Below are positions 48,364-52,518 of a stretch of 52,518 nt of DNA, one piece after another. Below the pieces are notes generated by a model. The model was given only the letters and a program-made list of their open reading frames with translations, ran no database searches and was not told the origin of the DNA. Location of the stretch: NCBI GenBank assembly GCA_018303885.1, contig JAGVXG010000008.1:1-52518 (forward strand). The letters run 5' to 3'. Origin of the DNA: Candidatus Pacearchaeota archaeon (GTDB lineage: Archaea; Nanobdellota; Nanobdellia; Pacearchaeales; GW2011-AR1). Each line of letters starts with the position of its first letter. The stretch's first letter is position 1. The position numbers and the translations under genes were made by a program.

Positions 48364-48849
48364 ATGACTGAAGATAATTTAGAGAATTTGGCATTTGATG
48401 ACGATGTTGAGTTAATTGTGGAGGGGGTTGACTTTGAAAGTTTCAAGAGATTAGCACGCGAGGAGCTTTCGCCTTTATCCCCCAATGAACTTGCCAAATA
48501 TTTTATACAAGGATCAGAAGACCATAGAATTATTTATAGAGATTTTTTAAGCACACGGCCAAAAGAATATCAAAACGAGTTTAGGAGTCATTTAGAAGAT
48601 TTATCTAAACATCCATCACAAAGTTTTAGTGGTTTAAGTGGCAAAACTCCTGTAGAAGTTGCAGAACGTTTTTTAGACATCCCCTTCAGTGTCTCTTCCG
48701 ATTCTGCTCGAATGGCGATAAGAGAATATGTTGAAAGACAACCTCAAGAATTTGTAGACCAATTCAACTCTTACATTCTTTCTAAAACTCAACCAATTAG
48801 AGAAGAATTGGCTAGAACCTCAGGAGATTACGAGTTAGACTGCGCTTAG
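48364..48849 (+). CDS. hypothetical protein with internal repeat
   Basis: 161 aa; R.FL..RPKEYQNEF and R.YV..QPQEFVDQF form a repeat. Confidence 0.6.
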   Translation: MTEDNLENLAFDDDVELIVEGVDFESFKRLAREELSPLSPNELAKYFIQGSEDHRIIYRDFLSTRPKEYQNEFRSHLEDLSKHPSQSFSGLSGKTPVEVAERFLDIPFSVSSDSARMAIREYVERQPQEFVDQFNSYILSKTQPIREELARTSGDYELDCA

Positions 48850-48882
48850 AAATTTTAAGGAAGAATTAATTACATTAAAAAC

Positions 48883-49179
48883 TTAAATTACAGCGCGATA
48901 AAGCCGGTATTTAACTTTATTTGTTCCCATATCTCCAATTACAAAATGCGCTTTACCTTCGTCCACTAATTCTTCTAAAACAGCATGAAAAACCTTGTTT
49001 TTTAACCCGCCTATAGAGAAATTAATTTGCTGAGCTTCGCTGCCCATTATTTCTTGAGCCTTTTCTTCAGCATATCTAAAAATCCTTGGTGCAGAAAAGT
49101 ATCTGTTAGGTTCTTCAGCTTTATTTGTTAAGTCTAATAATGCTTCATATACTAAATCCTTTTCTGCTTTTGATTGCAT
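48883..49179 (-). CDS. hypothetical protein (winged-helix-like)
   Basis: 98 aa; VL.ELV.EG motif followed by a beta-hairpin. Confidence 0.55.
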   Translation of the reverse strand: MQSKAEKDLVYEALLDLTNKAEEPNRYFSAPRIFRYAEEKAQEIMGSEAQQINFSIGGLKNKVFHAVLEELVDEGKAHFVIGDMGTNKVKYRLYRAVI

Positions 49180-49324
49180 TATTTTGAAAAGGTTTTTTGC
49201 TTAATAAAATCTATGGCGATGTTTTACAAAAAAGATTAAGAAATAATTATTATAAAAAACAACAGATAAGCAAGAGAAGTTTTCCTGATGTGTTCTGAAA
49301 CATACTAATAAGATTTTGTAAACA

Positions 49325-50260
49325 AAATCTCAATAAAGCTTTTAGTAGTTGTCTGCTGAAATTCTCGCCGAAGCTTGAATCTTACACAGCAACTCTATCA
49401 ACGTCGTCTTCTACGACGGCCTTAGTTGTCTCGTTTTGCGTGTGGCTTCGAGCTTAGATGCATTCAGCTCTTATCCAGATGACGCGTAGCTATGCAGCCT
49501 GCCATTTGACAACTGCTCACCAGAGGCGTCCGAGCCTGGTTCCTCTCGTACTACAAGCTCGTTACACTCAGACAACAACACACCTAGTAGATATCATACA
49601 AACTGTCTCGCGACGTTCTTAACCCAGCTAACGATACCTTTTAATGCGTGAACTCCGACACCCTTGCACGCTTCTGCACGCGCAGGATAGGTAGAGCCGA
49701 CAGCGATGTACCAAACCGCCCCGTCAATATGGACTATCGGGGGCGACAAGCCTGTTATCCTTGGGGTAACTTTTCTATCAGACACGGCTTCTATTAAAAA
49801 AGCACGTGGGTTCACTAGGCCAATCTTTCGATCATGCATTCCTTGCTAATCAGAATACATTCAGACAAGCTTTTGCCCTCGCACTCAACTCCGGGTTTCC
49901 AAGCCGGATGAGCTTGTCTTAGGGTCCTATCGATATTTTTTCGACAGGGCGCCGCCCCAGCCAAACTGCCCGCCTGTTACTGTTCTCATAAAGAGTAAGC
50001 AAAATTAAGAAAAACAAGTAGTATTACACTTTCGCTCCATCGCAACCTAAATTACGACTTCTACGCTCCTACTTATTCTATGTGTATCTCTTAAAATTAC
50101 AACAACAAGTTGCAGTAAAGTTCCACAAGGTCTTCGCTTCCCACTAGGTGTCCGTGGCATTTTCGCCACGAAGTGTGTTCAGAAGGTCCCAACTAGGGAC
50201 AGGGACAACCTCGTTAAACCATTCATGCACGTCGCCATTCAGACGACAAGGCATTACGCT
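49325..50260 (-). rRNA. rrl: 23S rRNA, 3' exon (about E. coli 1932 to the end; 3' end approximate)
   Basis: peptidyl-transferase region GGAUAACAGGCU, sarcin-ricin loop AGUACGAGAGGAAC, GCAUCUAAGC. Confidence 0.95.
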
Positions 50261-50338
50261 TATATTTGTTGTTCAATAATTGATCACTCAATTATTTTGC
50301 TTTATGTCGCCATAAAGATCGCACTCTATCTTCACAAC

Positions 50339-50560
50339 TTATTCTTCAGAAACAGATTTTGCACTTTCAATGACTTTTCGTGCTTCTCCACGAAATAGCT
50401 TGCTAGCATTTAATATCTCAATGGATGTCATTGAACCATCTTTTGCTATGTCTATAACTACTCCGTTTCCAATCTCAATGCTTTTCCAATAATCTTTATC
50501 ATTTATTTCTACATTGAGCACGTCTGCTTCGTCATCATACCATATTTCTTTTGCTTTCAT
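50339..50560 (-). CDS. DUF2283-like protein (putative antitoxin), intron-encoded in P8
   Basis: YD.EADVL.V, S.EI..GVVID...DG....IEILNAS motif. Confidence 0.85.
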   Translation of the reverse strand: MKAKEIWYDDEADVLNVEINDKDYWKSIEIGNGVVIDIAKDGSMTSIEILNASKLFRGEARKVIESAKSVSEE

Positions 50561-50561
50561 A

Positions 50562-50795
50562 TTAATTTAACCAAAATGCCGTAATTATAAATACTTTTCC
50601 TTTTGATTTTTTATATACGACTTTTAAAGTTCTTCCAGATTGTGGAATTTTGGAAATTGCATTTAAAGCATCTTTCCACTCTTTATCTCTTAGTTCTTTT
50701 GAATTGCTAAGAGCATACTCTATCATATCATTGGTTATATCTTTTCTCTTCTTGAGTTTTTTCTTCAACCAATGCTTAGAATATTCTATTTCCAC
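50562..50795 (-). CDS. DUF4258-like protein (putative RelE/BrnT-fold toxin), intron-encoded in P8
   Basis: I.YSKH....R..I....I...L and GR.LKVVY.......IITA motifs; coupled to the DUF2283 gene. Confidence 0.75.
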   Translation of the reverse strand: MEIEYSKHWLKKKLKKRKDITNDMIEYALSNSKELRDKEWKDALNAISKIPQSGRTLKVVYKKSKGKVFIITAFWLN

Positions 50796-50862
50796 TAATT
50801 CTGAAATATGTTAGATTTTATATAAATTGTGTCGAGCGTATTAGTGTCTGAGGATTCTAGAA

Positions 50863-51165
50863 TTAATTTTTTCTTAATTTATCTTCAAGCTTTTCAGTTC
50901 CTAATGAGATATCTAATAAAGAATCTTTTGATAAAACATTAGACTCTAAAAGAGGTCTAACATCAACTAACTCATGATCAGTATTTTCTCTAGGAAAAAA
51001 ATTACCATATCTTTCTATTGTCTCCTTATCACCACATACAGGTATTCTATATCTTCCTCTAGATGTTAAAGATACTGATTCACTCTTATATACATCATTT
51101 GTATGAAGGATTCTAAGTGTTCCATCATCTGCTCTAGTAGCATACGCGTATAATTCATATGTCAT
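50863..51165 (-). CDS. hypothetical protein, intron-encoded in P6
   Basis: 100-aa ORF with its own TTTATAAA box at about 51188-51195; no LAGLIDADG, HNH or GIY-YIG motif visible. Confidence 0.65.
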   Translation of the reverse strand: MTYELYAYATRADDGTLRILHTNDVYKSESVSLTSRGRYRIPVCGDKETIERYGNFFPRENTDHELVDVRPLLESNVLSKDSLLDISLGTEKLEDKLRKN

Positions 51166-51568
51166 GATTTTTTAATAGAAAAACACTTTATAAACCTTTC
51201 TCTTTGTTACCTTTTTAAAATAATAACTAATTCTAGTCTTTCCTGCATGGTTGTCCGCAATTTGAGATTTTTACCATCAATTTCTCGACGGTACTCAAAT
51301 ATTCTCGGACGTTCCAGCATATAGCTCGATTTTCTTCTTTGGTTTAACTCTTATTTTAATTCTGTAACTCTTAATTGCTCGCTGTTGCTCGATTAGTCTA
51401 AATTGCTAATAACAAAACCCCGCGAATTTTACATTAACATTTCTTATCAATCTTGCGAAGCACAATTTCATTTAACTATTTACTTTCTCTGACTCTTGAA
51501 GCGTTTTTCCCGTCGATAAAACGAGAAAACCGTAAGGCCACGTTTGTAACCACTTTCAAGTTACTGAA

Positions 51569-52278
<710 letters not shown>

Positions 52279-52335
52279 CATTCTATATTGTACTGGAGAA
52301 TTAAGTATCAACTTAACGTTGAATATGATTAAGGC

Positions 52336-52518
52336 TTAGTTGAAACCATGTGACGCATACCAATTTATAGAATCAATAGGAATTGTTTCAATTCCCTCTA
52401 TATTCAAATTTTCATCTCTCTGAGAACCATAAACCAAATGTTTTGGGGAATCGTTGCCAGGTCTTATTAAACAAACACCTGCAACATATGCTACCCTCAC
52501 AAATCCACCAGCTTCAAA
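52336..52518 (-). CDS. 3' end of an ORF interrupting the 23S near helix 45 (partial)
   Basis: open frame FEAGGFVRVAYVAGVCLIRPGNDSPKHLVYGSQRDENLNIEGIETIPIDSINWYASHGFN* where rRNA sequence is expected. Confidence 0.65.
   Translation of the reverse strand, partial: FEAGGFVRVAYVAGVCLIRPGNDSPKHLVYGSQRDENLNIEGIETIPIDSINWYASHGFN

Larger units (their letters stand above)
50261..51568 (-). ncRNA. group I intron at 23S L1931 (1308 nt)
   Basis: Exons rejoin as CUUAAGGU^AGCGUAAU. IGS GCCUUA (51533-51538) forms P1 with a U.G wobble. P=UAUGCUGGAA, Q=AACCAUGCAGG, R=UCAGACACUA, S=AAGAUAGAGUGC. P3 UCGAGC/GCUCGA, P6a CUAGAAUUA/UAAUUCUAG, P8 CACAAUUU/AAGUUGUG and P9 hairpins are all present. Confidence 0.93.

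Noticed and set aside
50261-51568. Homing endonuclease or BHB-type archaeal intron
   Set aside because: No LAGLIDADG, HNH or GIY-YIG motifs in the three ORFs. The full set of group I core pairings is present, so a group I call fits better than a plain BHB intron.

Overview
AT-rich archaeal chromosome segment that looks like DPANN, most likely Pacearchaeota/Woesearchaeota. This is inferred from a fused PriS-PriL primase, form III RuBisCO, a class III signal-peptide gene cluster, an S-layer protein and archaeal ribosomal proteins L31e/L39e/S19e. It carries housekeeping genes (PCNA, primase, LysRS, CysRS, Cbf5, TrmY, Nth, Ogg), tRNA-Phe(GAA), RNase P RNA, four type II toxin-antitoxin pairs outside the rRNA gene, many orphan ORFs and the 3' part of a 23S rRNA gene. 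The most striking feature is a 1308-nt group I intron at 23S position L1931 (50261..51568, minus strand). Its guanosine-binding pair in P7 is inverted (C264:G311 in Tetrahymena numbering) and its terminal nucleotide is A rather than G, so it is a candidate natural adenosine-dependent self-splicing intron. It has no recognisable homing endonuclease. Instead it carries a putative DUF4258/DUF2283 toxin-antitoxin pair in P8 and an orphan ORF in P6, each behind its own TATA box. A second ORF-bearing interruption of the 23S begins near helix 45 at the window end. Several structured intergenic RNAs or leaders and a dispersed palindromic repeat family are also visible. All calls were made by eye; no searches or folding programs were run.
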